This document shows positions 9,186-21,380 of a DNA stretch of 64,000 nt, piece by piece; the first letter of the stretch is position 1; each line of letters begins with the position of its first letter. The stretch lies in contig JAYUEN010000530.1 of assembly GCA_043739185.1 (NCBI GenBank), positions 1 to 64,000 of the forward strand, given 5' to 3'. This stretch comes from Bdellovibrionales bacterium. Its GTDB lineage: Bacteria; Bdellovibrionota; Bdellovibrionia; Bdellovibrionales; JAMPXM01. The translations under genes were made by a program, and so were the position numbers. A model generated the notes under the pieces. It was given only the letters and a program-made list of their open reading frames with translations. It ran no database searches and had not been told where the DNA came from.

Positions 9186-10862
9186 CTAGCCGCTCATATT
9201 GTTCAAAAAGTCTGTATTACTCTTCGTAGCGCTCAACTTCCCTAGCAAAAACTCCATGCTATCCACAACATTCATGGGCGCGAGTACTTTTCTTAGAATC
9301 CAAAGGCGATTTAAGTCAGTCTTTTCAACTAATAAATCCTCTTTTCGTGTTCCAGATTTATTGATGTCCATGCATGGGAAAATGCGCTTTTCCATGAGCT
9401 TTCGATCCAAATGAATTTCGGAGTTACCCGTACCCTTAAACTCTTCGAAAATAACCTCATCCATTCGAGAGCCCGTATCGATCAGGGCCGTCGCAATAAT
9501 AGTAAGACTTCCGCCTTCTTCAATATTTCTTGCGGCACCAAAGAAACGCTTCGGTTTATGAAGGGCATTGGAGTCAACACCTCCAGATAAAATCTTACCA
9601 GATGGCGGAACCACGGTATTATAGGCTCTTGCTAACCGCGTGATTGAATCTAATAAAATGACCACATCATGTTTGTGCTCGACTAATCGCTTCGCTTTTT
9701 CAATGACCATTTCAGCAACCTGAACGTGACGAGTTGGTGGTTCATCAAAGGTCGAACTAATAACTTCGCCCTTTACGTTTCGAAGCATATCGGTGACCTC
9801 TTCAGGGCGTTCATCGATAAGTAGAACAATCAAAATAACTTCTGGATGATTTGCAGAAATCGCATTTGCAATATTTTGCAATAAGACAGTTTTGCCGGTT
9901 CTTGGTGGCGCCACGATCAAGGCTCGTTGACCTTTTCCAAGCGGCGCCATCATATCTACCACGCGTGTAGTATAGTCGTTAGGAACATGCTCCAACTTCA
10001 ATCTTTTTTCAGGATAAAGCGGAGTTAAATTATCAAACAGAATTTTATCTTTGGCTTTTTCAGGTGCCTCTCTGTTTAGAGTTTCAACCTTTAAGAGAGC
10101 AAAGTATCTTTCGCCATCTTTTGGCGGACGAACTGTGCCGCTCACAGTATCGCCGGTTCGCAAACCAAATCGACGAATTTGAGACGGGCTTACGTAAATA
10201 TCATCTGGTCCCGGAAGATAATTATAATCAGGAGATCTTAAAAATCCGTAGCCATCCGGAAGAATCTCAAGAACACCATTGCCAAAAATGTCGCCAAGTC
10301 GTGCGGCGCGCTTGAGAATTTCAAACACCATATCTTGCCGTCGCATACCGGCTGCATTTTCAATTTTCAGTTTAATTGCGAGTGCCGTTAGCTCTTCTAT
10401 TTTTTTTGATTTCAAGCCCTTTGAATTGAGATCCGCGCGTTCGGCATCAGTCAAATTGATGTCTGCTAGATCCATTTCAGTTAATGGTGGTTGTTCGGGA
10501 GTATCATCTTGCATTCCCCCTGGGCCGGCCCCATCTCCCCGCATTTGTTCGTTACGATAATAGCTGCCACCGCCACCGCCGCCATTTTGTGAGTTGCGAT
10601 TTCGATCGCCCCGGGCTTGTCCGCCGCCGCCGCCACCCTCACGACCGCCGCGATACTTATCACTTCCGCCGCGATCTCTTGAGCCGCCGCTGGGACGCTG
10701 ATTGCTTCGGCCAAAATTACGTCGTGGGCGCTCTTGCGATTTCGATTCGTTGATGGCTTGATCGGAACTGCCGCCCTCCGCTTCATTTTGATTTTGATGA
10801 GATTCGGCTTTTGGACTGGCAACAGCCTGTCCCGATTCTTGAGAGTCGCTATTTTCGCTCAT
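9186..10862 (-). CDS. rho: transcription termination factor Rho with long low-complexity N-terminal extension
   Basis: GYGFLR RNA-binding motif, APPRTGKT Walker [14 protein letters not shown]. Confidence 0.98.
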   Translation of the reverse strand: MSENSDSQESGQAVASPKAESHQNQNEAEGGSSDQAINESKSQERPRRNFGRSNQRPSGGSRDRGGSDKYRGGREGGGGGGQARGDRNRNSQNGGGGGGSYYRNEQMRGDGAGPGGMQDDTPEQPPLTEMDLADINLTDAERADLNSKGLKSKKIEELTALAIKLKIENAAGMRRQDMVFEILKRAARLGDIFGNGVLEILPDGYGFLRSPDYNYLPGPDDIYVSPSQIRRFGLRTGDTVSGTVRPPKDGERYFALLKVETLNREAPEKAKDKILFDNLTPLYPEKRLKLEHVPNDYTTRVVDMMAPLGKGQRALIVAPPRTGKTVLLQNIANAISANHPEVILIVLLIDERPEEVTDMLRNVKGEVISSTFDEPPTRHVQVAEMVIEKAKRLVEHKHDVVILLDSITRLARAYNTVVPPSGKILSGGVDSNALHKPKRFFGAARNIEEGGSLTIIATALIDTGSRMDEVIFEEFKGTGNSEIHLDRKLMEKRIFPCMDINKSGTRKEDLLVEKTDLNRLWILRKVLAPMNVVDSMEFLLGKLSATKSNTDFLNNMSG

Positions 10863-11248
10863 TCATTTCTCCGGAAATTTTTGATTCTTAACATCTGGTT
10901 TTTAATATTTTTTCGATCTTTGGTTTTTGGATTTAAATTATAAGATTTTTCGAGTAGCCAACGAAGATTTTAGATCTCAATACATTCTCTAATAAGAGTG
11001 AACTCTTCTTGGTATTACACCTTGATATTACACTTTTTAGAGTTTTTTTGGGAAATTATTATCTCGAAAAACCTAATTTCTAAGAAAGCGCAGCCTTTGT
11101 CAACAGCGTTTTCGCAACTTTTCAAGCTTTTCGTCAAAGCTGATATATTGGAACTGTTAAAAACATCGACACTATTCAAAACTCTCTATTTTGAAATCTC
11201 ACTTTGAGACCCGGGCTAATTTAAAACATTGGATTTGTGAATAAGCAC

Positions 11249-11276
11249 TTAATTAAACTGGTCTTGTGGCCGATAT
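11249..11276 (+). promoter_or_regulatory. sigma28 (FliA)-like promoter
   Basis: TTAA-N16-GCCGATAT upstream of the PilZ gene. Confidence 0.5.
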
Positions 11277-11298
11277 ATAATTACGTGGAGGTTTATCT

Positions 11299-11664
11299 AT
11301 GGAAACTACCGAATTACCGTCGCCCCGCATTCCCCTTAAGTTAGAGGTCGAATATCGACGTAGCTACTCTCGAAATGCGGACCGGGCAGAATTGAAGAAT
11401 ATTAGTCTTACCGGTGCATTCTTAGAAACGGAATCACACGAGTTAAAAGAAAATGATAAAGTTGCAATTGAGTTTAAGGTTGGGGGCAGGGCCCGAAAAA
11501 TCGTTGCCTCTATTATTTGGGTTAAACCTTCGGGCTGCGGGATTAAATTCTTACCCAACAGCAATCGCGACGTTCAAATTGTAGATGACCTCATGTATTT
11601 CGTAGAGTCTAAACGCGAAAATCGCCGCTCGGTTATGGACAATATTTTTAAAAAGGTTTCTTGA
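11299..11664 (+). CDS. single-domain PilZ protein
   Basis: PRIPL..NISLTGAFL..IIWV..GCGIKF PilZ pattern; GGAGG RBS. Confidence 0.88.
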   Translation: METTELPSPRIPLKLEVEYRRSYSRNADRAELKNISLTGAFLETESHELKENDKVAIEFKVGGRARKIVASIIWVKPSGCGIKFLPNSNRDVQIVDDLMYFVESKRENRRSVMDNIFKKVS

Positions 11665-11701
11665 GCCGCACCCAATATTAAAATATTTATTCTCTTATTA
11701 G

Positions 11702-11726
11702 AAGGGGCCGAGACAGGTCCCTTTTT
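11702..11726 (+). terminator. intrinsic terminator after the PilZ gene
   Basis: AAGGGGCC-GAGACA-GGTCCCTT followed by a T-run, between convergent genes. Confidence 0.7.
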
Positions 11727-11749
11727 CAATTCTCTTTTACTAAAGTCGG

Positions 11750-12967
11750 TCATAGGTCGAGATGAAATTTCGTAACTTTATTGTCGGTGAAGATCAGGCG
11801 CTCACTCCAGCCCTCTATGAACAGGCCATTTGGATCTCTGGCCCTACTCAAGGCAACATAGGCCTGTCCTGGCTCCCAAACTTTTCTTAAATCTACAAAC
11901 ATTCGATCTAAAGAAGTCCCCTGGGCTTTGTGAATAGTCATGGCCCAAGCCAGACTAATGGGAAAGTTGGTAGCTGTCACAACCGGCAGACCCTCGGCAT
12001 CTAACATGGTAAAGTCCGCCATTTCAATTTCAATCGCAAGGCCACTTAAGAGGTCAATTCCGAGTGTGTCCTTTGATATGCTGGTTATTCTCCCAAGGCT
12101 GCCGTTTACCCATCGTCCTTCGTGATCGTTTAGTCTTAACATGACCAACGCTTCAACTTTAATTTGCAGCTCATCTGCTATAGGTGAGTTCTTTCGAAAG
12201 GCTTCAATGTTTTTTGCTTTGCCCTTGTACGTCGTAGTAAATTTGTGGGTCTTGCCTTTTATTTTTTCAAGCTTCGAAAGGTTGTAGTTTTCGACATCAC
12301 CTCGATGTGAAAACAAACGGGTTAAATCACCTGTCGGCTCACCAACAACTCGAGACTCAAGAAAATTTCTCACCTGATTTGTCACTTGGCCCAAGCGTAC
12401 GGAATTGAGCACTTCTAAAAATTCACGGTTTTGCGTGCGCATAATTTTAGATAGGACCACCGGTTGAAATTCACTTTGCTCCCAAACCTCGTCAAGAAAA
12501 GCCCATTCCTTTTCACGCGCATGTGGATTGACTGGGGGAAGTTGCGCAAAGTCTCCAACGACCACGACACGAATTCCTCCCCAGGGGGTTGAGTTGCCAC
12601 GAGTCTTTCGCGCAATCATCTCTGCAGCTCTTAATGTCGGGCCAGAAATCATGGATACTTCATCAATAATAACAGCCTTGGCATTTTGAATGCGCCTCAT
12701 TACCGGTTTGTTTATTAGTGCGCGCTCGACGGTTGCAGAAACGCCACCCTCCATAATTCCGAGACCAAAAAAACTATGAAAGGTTCTGCCGCCAACTAAA
12801 ATCGCTGCCGCTCCCGTACTGGCGAGCGTGGGAATGTCTTGATTTTTCAAAAAATGGCGCATCAAAAAACTCTTGCCGCTGCCGGCGGCGCCAGTTAAAA
12901 AAATATTTCGGTCGCTCTTGAGATGTTCAAGCGCAAACAATTGATCTTCATTGAGTTGATTGAGCAT
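11750..12967 (-). CDS. Pif1-family SF1B 5'-3' DNA helicase
   Basis: TGAAGSGKS, T(F)HSFFG, IIDEVSM, GDFAQLPPV, VNGSLG, AWAMTIHKAQG and QAYVALSR motifs. Confidence 0.9.
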   Translation of the reverse strand: MLNQLNEDQLFALEHLKSDRNIFLTGAAGSGKSFLMRHFLKNQDIPTLASTGAAAILVGGRTFHSFFGLGIMEGGVSATVERALINKPVMRRIQNAKAVIIDEVSMISGPTLRAAEMIARKTRGNSTPWGGIRVVVVGDFAQLPPVNPHAREKEWAFLDEVWEQSEFQPVVLSKIMRTQNREFLEVLNSVRLGQVTNQVRNFLESRVVGEPTGDLTRLFSHRGDVENYNLSKLEKIKGKTHKFTTTYKGKAKNIEAFRKNSPIADELQIKVEALVMLRLNDHEGRWVNGSLGRITSISKDTLGIDLLSGLAIEIEMADFTMLDAEGLPVVTATNFPISLAWAMTIHKAQGTSLDRMFVDLRKVWEPGQAYVALSRARDPNGLFIEGWSERLIFTDNKVTKFHLDL

Positions 12968-13064
12968 TTCTTAGCTATACTCTTATTTCATTTTATTGGA
13001 CAGCAGGATTTGAAAAAACTTAATTCGTCACTTGCCAAAAACAAGCCCGATTGAGTAGCCTTAT

Positions 13065-13826
13065 TTGCAACGCTGTCCTTTGGAGGTCGATATTCGGACC
13101 CATCGAAAATTATTTCTAATTTGCTTTGCCTTGCTGCTAACAACATTTACTTTTGCTCAATCAATAAAGGCTCCTATGAACAAAGTTTGGTTTAAAAACT
13201 CAAAGTTTCTGTCTTTGAAAATTGAAAAATACAAATCTATTTCGGATACAAGTCTCGTAGCAAGTATTCGAATTGCGGACACTAACTTGCTTCACAAGTT
13301 TGTCGATCGCATCAAACAAATCCCGGCAGATGGAGAAAAAATGAAATCCTTTGCCGAAGACGCTGAACAGATTGATTTAATTTTTAGCTGTGAAACTGGC
13401 GAGACCGAGCGCATTCAGATTATTCAAAAACGCTTCAAAACTCCGTCAACTGGCTTTAATACTTCGCCAAATAAGTTTGAGTCTGAGCTTTACGCCGACA
13501 TTGATAGTCTTTTGTTTCCGGAGCTAGATAAAAAAATGCTCAAGATTCCTGGGCTTTCTTTGAAATTTAAGAGCTTCACTTTTGTTTTTGTTGGTACCAA
13601 AGAACGCGAACAAAGGCCTGGTGAGCCTACTATTGGCTCAATCTCCGCAAATACCTTTACGCTCAAGCCTGATGGTCAGCAAGAGCTGCTGCTCAGAGTA
13701 ACCGACGGACAAATTGCGCCCCAGCCCCTGCGCTTTTCAGTGAACAGCGAGAGCTTTATTTTGTTGACCTACGAAACAAAAAAGAAAGATCGGCTTTATC
13801 CCGATTATTTTCAGATCAGCAAATAA
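13065..13826 (+). CDS. hypothetical secreted protein (start uncertain)
   Basis: 253-aa ORF with signal-like KLFLICFALLLTTFTFA-Q; no family recognised. Confidence 0.7.
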   Translation: MQRCPLEVDIRTHRKLFLICFALLLTTFTFAQSIKAPMNKVWFKNSKFLSLKIEKYKSISDTSLVASIRIADTNLLHKFVDRIKQIPADGEKMKSFAEDAEQIDLIFSCETGETERIQIIQKRFKTPSTGFNTSPNKFESELYADIDSLLFPELDKKMLKIPGLSLKFKSFTFVFVGTKEREQRPGEPTIGSISANTFTLKPDGQQELLLRVTDGQIAPQPLRFSVNSESFILLTYETKKKDRLYPDYFQISK

Positions 13827-13849
13827 AAAAGGCCCGCTTTTGCGAGCCT
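13825..13849 (-). terminator. intrinsic terminator
   Basis: Minus strand AGGCTCGC-AAAA-GCGGGCCT-TTTTT downstream of the LysM gene. Confidence 0.75.
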
Positions 13850-13874
13850 AGATAAATTCAAATTTTTGTATTTT

Positions 13875-15239
13875 TTAAACTTGCGTCTGTTGAGACAGAT
13901 CGATTCTCTTCGCGCGCTGTCTACGAATCACGACAAATGCTGCAAACGCGGCCACGATTAGAAGACCTCCTGCTAACATCATCATAGTTTGGTCTGGATC
14001 AGCGCTCGCATCAAGACTTTGTGCTGGTGATGCAGGTTTTTTATTAGTTGTTGGCGGCGGAACTTGTGCTGCCGGTTCAACTGGTGGTGGTGGCGGTGGT
14101 GCCACAGCTACCGGCGGTGGTGGCGGCGGCGCTACTGGTGGTGGCGGCACAACTTGCCCACCAACTCCTCCTGCGGCAACATTTGGATCCGGATTATTGT
14201 TCATCGCATCTGGTGGTAAACCACCTTGATTATTCGCAAGTGGCACCACTGGCGGCGCCTCATTCATTGCTGGCCAATATCGCAACTCTGCTCCTTCTGG
14301 AGCCTTGCCCATTTTATTTTCAAGCGCGGCGTTGGTAGCGTAAATTTCTTTCCAGCTATCTTTGTGCCCTAATAATTTGGTCGCAACTTTGCGAATGTCG
14401 TCTCCGGGCTGAGTAACGTAACTCTGAGGAGCGACGCCCATTTCCTCATAGAATACCAACATCTTGGTATTGTCCTGAGGCTCTTTTGGAGAATTGTAAT
14501 AAATCTTGTCGCCCACTCGCGGCGCATGATTTTTAAGACTTGGATTCCAAGCTTTCAAATCTTTCACATGGTCTGCAGAGCCATAAATTTTCTCGCTGAT
14601 GCCTTTTGCGGTATCCTTATCGCGCGCTAAGTAAACGCGATTGAGTAGCACACCTTTTTTCTCAAATGGTTCAGTTTTAATTTTTTCATATGGCAATACA
14701 ACTGGAGCAACGTCCGCAACCGTTCCGGCATCTGTTGGTGGCGCCGCGGTTTCGGTGGGCGTAGTAGAAGCACTTGTATCTTGTGGAGTTGCCGTTACAT
14801 CTGGTGGTGCGCCAGCATCAACAGGTGGCGCGCCGCCGTTATCGGCAAATAATTTTTCATCGCTTGGAGTAATTCCTTCTTTTTGAGATTTTGCGACGTC
14901 AGCAGGAAATTCATTTTCGGGATCACCAAGGTCAAGTGCGCCATCAACCGGAGCGGCGGCTTTCGCGGAATCTAAATTGCCGTCAAGAGGTACATCGTCA
15001 AGGCCCGCACTTGCTTGTGCATCTGTTGGCGCGCCACCCTCAACGGCTGGAGCGGCACCATCAACCGGAGTGCCATCAATGGCGGCGTCTTTATTAAAAT
15101 CTCCGCCGTTTTCAAGAGGCATATTTTCGTCTGAAGACGCAGCATTTTGAGCATTGTCTTTGTTTGCATCGCTTGATGTACAGCTCGATAACGAAACTGC
15201 AATCAAGAAACCTAAACTGATGACGAGAAGTTTTTTCAT
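13875..15239 (-). CDS. lipoprotein with acidic/Pro-rich linkers, two LysM-like domains and a C-terminal TM helix
   Basis: Start moved to ATG 15239 (GGAAGGA RBS). Lipobox LSSC; LysM-like YLARDKDTAKGIS...WNP and YVTQPGDDIRKVA...TN; poly-Pro; TM followed by RRQRAKR. Confidence 0.8.
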   Translation of the reverse strand: MKKLLVISLGFLIAVSLSSCTSSDANKDNAQNAASSDENMPLENGGDFNKDAAIDGTPVDGAAPAVEGGAPTDAQASAGLDDVPLDGNLDSAKAAAPVDGALDLGDPENEFPADVAKSQKEGITPSDEKLFADNGGAPPVDAGAPPDVTATPQDTSASTTPTETAAPPTDAGTVADVAPVVLPYEKIKTEPFEKKGVLLNRVYLARDKDTAKGISEKIYGSADHVKDLKAWNPSLKNHAPRVGDKIYYNSPKEPQDNTKMLVFYEEMGVAPQSYVTQPGDDIRKVATKLLGHKDSWKEIYATNAALENKMGKAPEGAELRYWPAMNEAPPVVPLANNQGGLPPDAMNNNPDPNVAAGGVGGQVVPPPPVAPPPPPPVAVAPPPPPPVEPAAQVPPPTTNKKPASPAQSLDASADPDQTMMMLAGGLLIVAAFAAFVVIRRQRAKRIDLSQQTQV

Positions 15240-15426
15240 AGACGTGAGTCCTTCCACAAATTTAAGACGATAGCTCCATAAGCTATTCAATCATGCTAAC
15301 GGCAAAAACGAAAAAGGAATCAAGCCTTCCAAAGAAAAGAACTACTTTAGTCTTAAAAATTTGGACCTTTTTCACGTGCGATCTAGACTTTAATGGGGTT
15401 TCTCTAGGGGAGATACAGGCAATGTC

Positions 15427-15873
15427 CTAGGGAGACGTCTTGAATTTTGCGCCAATTTTAATTCTGTTTTTACGAAACCAGTTTTCGGACATTTCGATTG
15501 CATACTTTGCTGGTTTCTTACTTGGATAAGACTTCGGACGAACCTCCATGGGCGAGGCTGGCTGCATATTTTGAATATCAATCAAGGTTTTGCTTTGGTC
15601 AAAGTATCCGATATCGAGAGGAATGAGCGTATTCTTCATCCAGAAACTAAGCGTCTGCTCTTCGTCGAAAATGAAAATCATCCCCTCATTTTCGCCGAGA
15701 TGGCGGCGGTTCATGAGGCCGTGTTCGCGCTTTTCATTTGAATCGGCCACTTCAAGCTGCAGGTTTTTTCGGCCCAAAATAAATTTGGCTTTTTCAAATT
15801 TAATTTCATCTTGTGCAAAGCTTTGACAAGAAAAACAATAAATTAGCGCATGTAAAATAATAACTTGTTTCAA
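15427..15873 (-). CDS. DUF192 family protein
   Basis: EVAD...GLM.R..L...GMIFIF...FWMKNTLIPLDI signature; signal peptide. Confidence 0.9.
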   Translation of the reverse strand: MKQVIILHALIYCFSCQSFAQDEIKFEKAKFILGRKNLQLEVADSNEKREHGLMNRRHLGENEGMIFIFDEEQTLSFWMKNTLIPLDIGYFDQSKTLIDIQNMQPASPMEVRPKSYPSKKPAKYAIEMSENWFRKNRIKIGAKFKTSP

Positions 15874-15895
15874 GCAAAAGCTTCCTTTTTGAACT

Positions 15896-17338
15896 TTATT
15901 TACCGCACGGCCCGAGCTTGGTGCGCAAGAGTTCGTTGACCACGTCGGGATTCGCCTGACCTTTTGAAACTTTCATAATCTGGCCTACAAAAAAACCAAA
16001 TAACTTTTCTTTACCAGACCGATATTGTTCAACCTGGCTAGTATTGGCTGCGATTATTTCATCAATCATTCTATCAATCGATGCATTATCAGATATTTGT
16101 ACTAGACCCTTTTCTTTAATGATGCTCGCTGGGTCTTTTTGGCTGGTCCACATTTCAAGAAAAACCACTTTTGCAATCTTGCCAGAAATCGTAGCTTTGT
16201 CGATTTCAAGAATCAACTGTCCGAGGTGATGTGCGCTGATCGGAGACTGGCTCACATCTTTACCGGCATTGTTGAGTTCACGTATGAGCTCAGTCATGAT
16301 CCAATTGCTGACTGCTTTTGGATTTTGGCTCACTTTTGCGGCGTCTTCAAAATAATTTGCCAGTGCTTTTTCTGTCGTCAAAACAATCGCATCGTAAGTT
16401 GGTAAGCCATATTGTTCGGCAAAGCGCGTGGCTCGAGCAATTGGAAGTTCAGGCATTGAAACTTTGGCTTTGGCAATTTGATCTGCACCCACTTTCACTG
16501 GCAACAAATCCGGTTCCGGAAAGTAACGATAGTCATGCGCCTCTTCTTTAGAGCGCATTGTGAAGGTTCGGTTTTTGTCTGGATCATACAGCCTGGTTTC
16601 TTGCACAATTTTTTCGCCCGACCGGACACAGTCGATTTGCCTTTGAATTTCGTATTCAATGGCCTTCTCAATAAAGCGAAATGAATTTATATTTTTAATT
16701 TCAGTTCGCGTCCCGTATTTTTCAGCACCCTTTGGGCGAATACTAACGTTGCAATCACAGCGCAGGGAACCTTCTTCTAAATTACCGTCACACACCTCTA
16801 AATACAAAAGAATTTGACGAACCGTTCTGGCATATTCGGCGGCCTCTTGTGCGGACCGCATGTCAGGCGCGGAAACAATTTCAAGCAGTGGCACTCCCGC
16901 GCGATTCAAATTGATGAGCGTATGGTCTCCGTTGTGAATACTTTTACCCGCGTCTTCTTCCATATGGGCACGGTCAATGCGTACTCGTTTTTTAACTCCA
17001 TCTAAAAAGTATTCTACAAAACCGTTTTCACATAGCGGCTTGTCGTATTGTGAAATCTGATAGCCCTTCGGAAGATCCGGATAAAAATATTGTTTTCTCG
17101 AAAACACCGATGTCTCGCGAATTTGGCAATTAAGGGCGAGCCCAGTTTTAATTGAAAACGCTACCGCCTGCTCATTCAAGGCAGGAAGTGCTCCTGGCAT
17201 CGCCATACAAACCGGACAAGTGCTTTCATTATCCCCAAGTCCAAATTGAGTGGGGCATTGGCAAAATAATTTGCTCTTCGTTAATAGCTGGGCATGTATC
17301 TCGAGGCCGATGACGGGTTCAAACTCACTAAATGACAT
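15896..17338 (-). CDS. gatB: Asp/Glu-tRNA amidotransferase subunit B
   Basis: IGLEIHAQL, YFYPDLPKGYQISQ and YRYFPEPDL motifs. Confidence 0.98.
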   Translation of the reverse strand: MSFSEFEPVIGLEIHAQLLTKSKLFCQCPTQFGLGDNESTCPVCMAMPGALPALNEQAVAFSIKTGLALNCQIRETSVFSRKQYFYPDLPKGYQISQYDKPLCENGFVEYFLDGVKKRVRIDRAHMEEDAGKSIHNGDHTLINLNRAGVPLLEIVSAPDMRSAQEAAEYARTVRQILLYLEVCDGNLEEGSLRCDCNVSIRPKGAEKYGTRTEIKNINSFRFIEKAIEYEIQRQIDCVRSGEKIVQETRLYDPDKNRTFTMRSKEEAHDYRYFPEPDLLPVKVGADQIAKAKVSMPELPIARATRFAEQYGLPTYDAIVLTTEKALANYFEDAAKVSQNPKAVSNWIMTELIRELNNAGKDVSQSPISAHHLGQLILEIDKATISGKIAKVVFLEMWTSQKDPASIIKEKGLVQISDNASIDRMIDEIIAANTSQVEQYRSGKEKLFGFFVGQIMKVSKGQANPDVVNELLRTKLGPCGK

Positions 17339-18800
17339 ATGGCTGCCTCGCTGATTTCTCTAAATTTTTTTCGAGCGCATAAGATACATTGAAGAGGCTC
17401 TGCTCATCAAAATGTTTGGCGGTAATTTGAATTCCAATTGGCAGGCCGTGTGCCGAAAATCCTCCGGGCACAGACATTCCCGGTAGACCGGTTAAATTAG
17501 TCGAGGTGGTAAAAATATCGTTCATATACATTTCAAGAACAGACTTCACTCGTGAGCCGAGTTTGAATGCCGGCGCCAAAGTTACCGGACTCATTAGAAC
17601 ATCACAACTTTCAAAGGCCTTTAGAAATTGATCGCGCAAGAGGCGTCTGACTTGGCAAGCTTTTTGATAGTAGGCATCATAATATCCACTTGAAAGCGCA
17701 TAGGTTCCTAAAATAATTCTGCGCTTCACTTCGCTCCCAAAACCCTCACCGCGCGAAAGCGAGTAGAGCTCATCAATACCTTTTGCTTTGTGAGCCTGCA
17801 TATCCGCGCGGTGACCATAGCGAATTCCGTCATAACGTGCAAGATTGCTTGATGCCTCTGAGGTCGCAATTAAGTAATAAATTGGAACCGCATATTTAAC
17901 TAAGGGCATACTCACTTCTACAAATTTCGCTCCACATTTTTCAGCGGTCCTAATTGCATTTTCGACTATTTTTTTTGTATCTTGATCGATTTCGGCAGAA
18001 AAATATTCTTTCGGAAGGCCAATGCGCATTCCGGTCAAATCAGCTTTTAAATTTTTAGACCATTTTGGCGCAGCCTCAGAACTCGTCGTTGAATCATGTT
18101 TGCAAAAACCCGAAAAACTTTCGAGCATCAGCGCGCAGTCTTCGGTTGAATGCGCCATCGGACCAGCTTGGTCTAAACTAGATGAGTAGGCCACGATACC
18201 GTAGCGGCTCACACGTCCATAAGTTGGCTTGAGGCCATAAACGCCGCAAAAGTTGGCCGGCTGACGAATCGATCCGCCCGTATCGGTGCCAATTGCGCCG
18301 GGAGAAAGGTGCGCCGCCAAGGCCGCGGCCGAACCTCCGCTTGAGCCGCCAGGAACGTATTCCGTATTCCAAGGGTTCTTGACATTTCCAAAAGCTGAAC
18401 TTTCATTGCTTGAGCCCATAGCAAATTCGTCGAGATTGGTTTTGCCAATGATGACGGCCCCCTGAGCTTTTAGTCTTGCAACCACGGTTGCATCATAAGG
18501 CGGAATAAAATTTGCGAGAATCTTTGAGCCTGCGGTGGTTTTGAGCCCCTCCGTACAAAGCAGATCTTTAACCGCAATTGGTACCCCCGCAAGTAGTCCG
18601 GGATCTTTTCCGCTTGCAATGATTGCATCAATCTTTTTTGCTTCTTCGGTGGCCTGAGAATTTATTGAAATAAAAGCATTGAGTTGTTTATCTAGCTTTT
18701 CGATTCTTCCGAGAAAGTGCTTGGTTACCTCGACAGCCGAAAGTTTCTTGCTTCGAACCAAATTTGAAATTTCAGAAATTTTTGCTTGGGTGAGATCCAC
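17328..18800 (-). CDS. gatA: Asp/Glu-tRNA amidotransferase subunit A
   Basis: Amidase signature GGSSGGS / GTDTGGSIRQP; GTG start after GGAG. Confidence 0.97.
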   Translation of the reverse strand: MDLTQAKISEISNLVRSKKLSAVEVTKHFLGRIEKLDKQLNAFISINSQATEEAKKIDAIIASGKDPGLLAGVPIAVKDLLCTEGLKTTAGSKILANFIPPYDATVVARLKAQGAVIIGKTNLDEFAMGSSNESSAFGNVKNPWNTEYVPGGSSGGSAAALAAHLSPGAIGTDTGGSIRQPANFCGVYGLKPTYGRVSRYGIVAYSSSLDQAGPMAHSTEDCALMLESFSGFCKHDSTTSSEAAPKWSKNLKADLTGMRIGLPKEYFSAEIDQDTKKIVENAIRTAEKCGAKFVEVSMPLVKYAVPIYYLIATSEASSNLARYDGIRYGHRADMQAHKAKGIDELYSLSRGEGFGSEVKRRIILGTYALSSGYYDAYYQKACQVRRLLRDQFLKAFESCDVLMSPVTLAPAFKLGSRVKSVLEMYMNDIFTTSTNLTGLPGMSVPGGFSAHGLPIGIQITAKHFDEQSLFNVSYALEKNLEKSARQPYVI

Positions 18801-18832
18801 TTGCGACTCCTTAAAAACGAAATTAAGCTCAA

Positions 18833-19114
18833 TTAAACAACGGGTGGAACTTTAAATAATTTTCCGGATCGTTCAGGGGCATTGGCCACCAATTTCTCAG
18901 GAGTAACCTCTTGAACCACTTCGTCCTTGCGCCAATGAACGGCAATTTCGCTGGGTGTAACCAAGGGCACGACTTGTTTTGTATCGAGCTCAGAAATCTC
19001 TTCAAAGTGTTTCAGAATATTTGTCAGTTGCTCGCTGATCTGAACGGCCTCTTGATCGTTCAGGCTAAGCCGCGCCAATTTAGAAATATGCTTAATTGTT
19101 TCTTTAGTGATCAC
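18833..19114 (-). CDS. gatC: Asp/Glu-tRNA amidotransferase subunit C
   Basis: ITKETIKHISKLARL...NAPE...FKVPPVV; GTG 19114 after AGGAG. Confidence 0.94.
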   Translation of the reverse strand: MITKETIKHISKLARLSLNDQEAVQISEQLTNILKHFEEISELDTKQVVPLVTPSEIAVHWRKDEVVQEVTPEKLVANAPERSGKLFKVPPVV

Positions 19115-19222
19115 GCTTTGCACTCCTATTGAAGGTCGAGGAGTGAATTTATCGAAGAGGGGCCGGGCGTTCAAGGATTAGCGTAGACTTTTACCTGGCC
19201 ATTGCTGCGCGTTGGTCTTTGA

Positions 19223-21280
<2,058 letters not shown>

Positions 21281-21294
21281 GGTCCTTAGGAGAT

Positions 21295-21327
21295 AAAAAA
21301 ATGCGCCCGCTTATGGGGACGCATTTT
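21295..21327 (-). terminator. intrinsic (probably bidirectional) terminator between ligA and the histone gene
   Basis: AAAATGCG...CGCATTTT stem with A/T runs on both sides. Confidence 0.7.
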
Positions 21328-21380
21328 AGTTTGTCGAAACTAAACGCTTCGACCAAAAATTTCTCTGCTATCGCTTTTAT

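Noticed and set aside
10560..10700. (CCG)n repeats
   Set aside because: Poly-glycine codons of the Rho N-terminal extension.
14040..14180. GGT/GGC tandem repeats as a VNTR or repeat element
   Set aside because: They are the reverse complement of poly-proline codons in the LysM lipoprotein.
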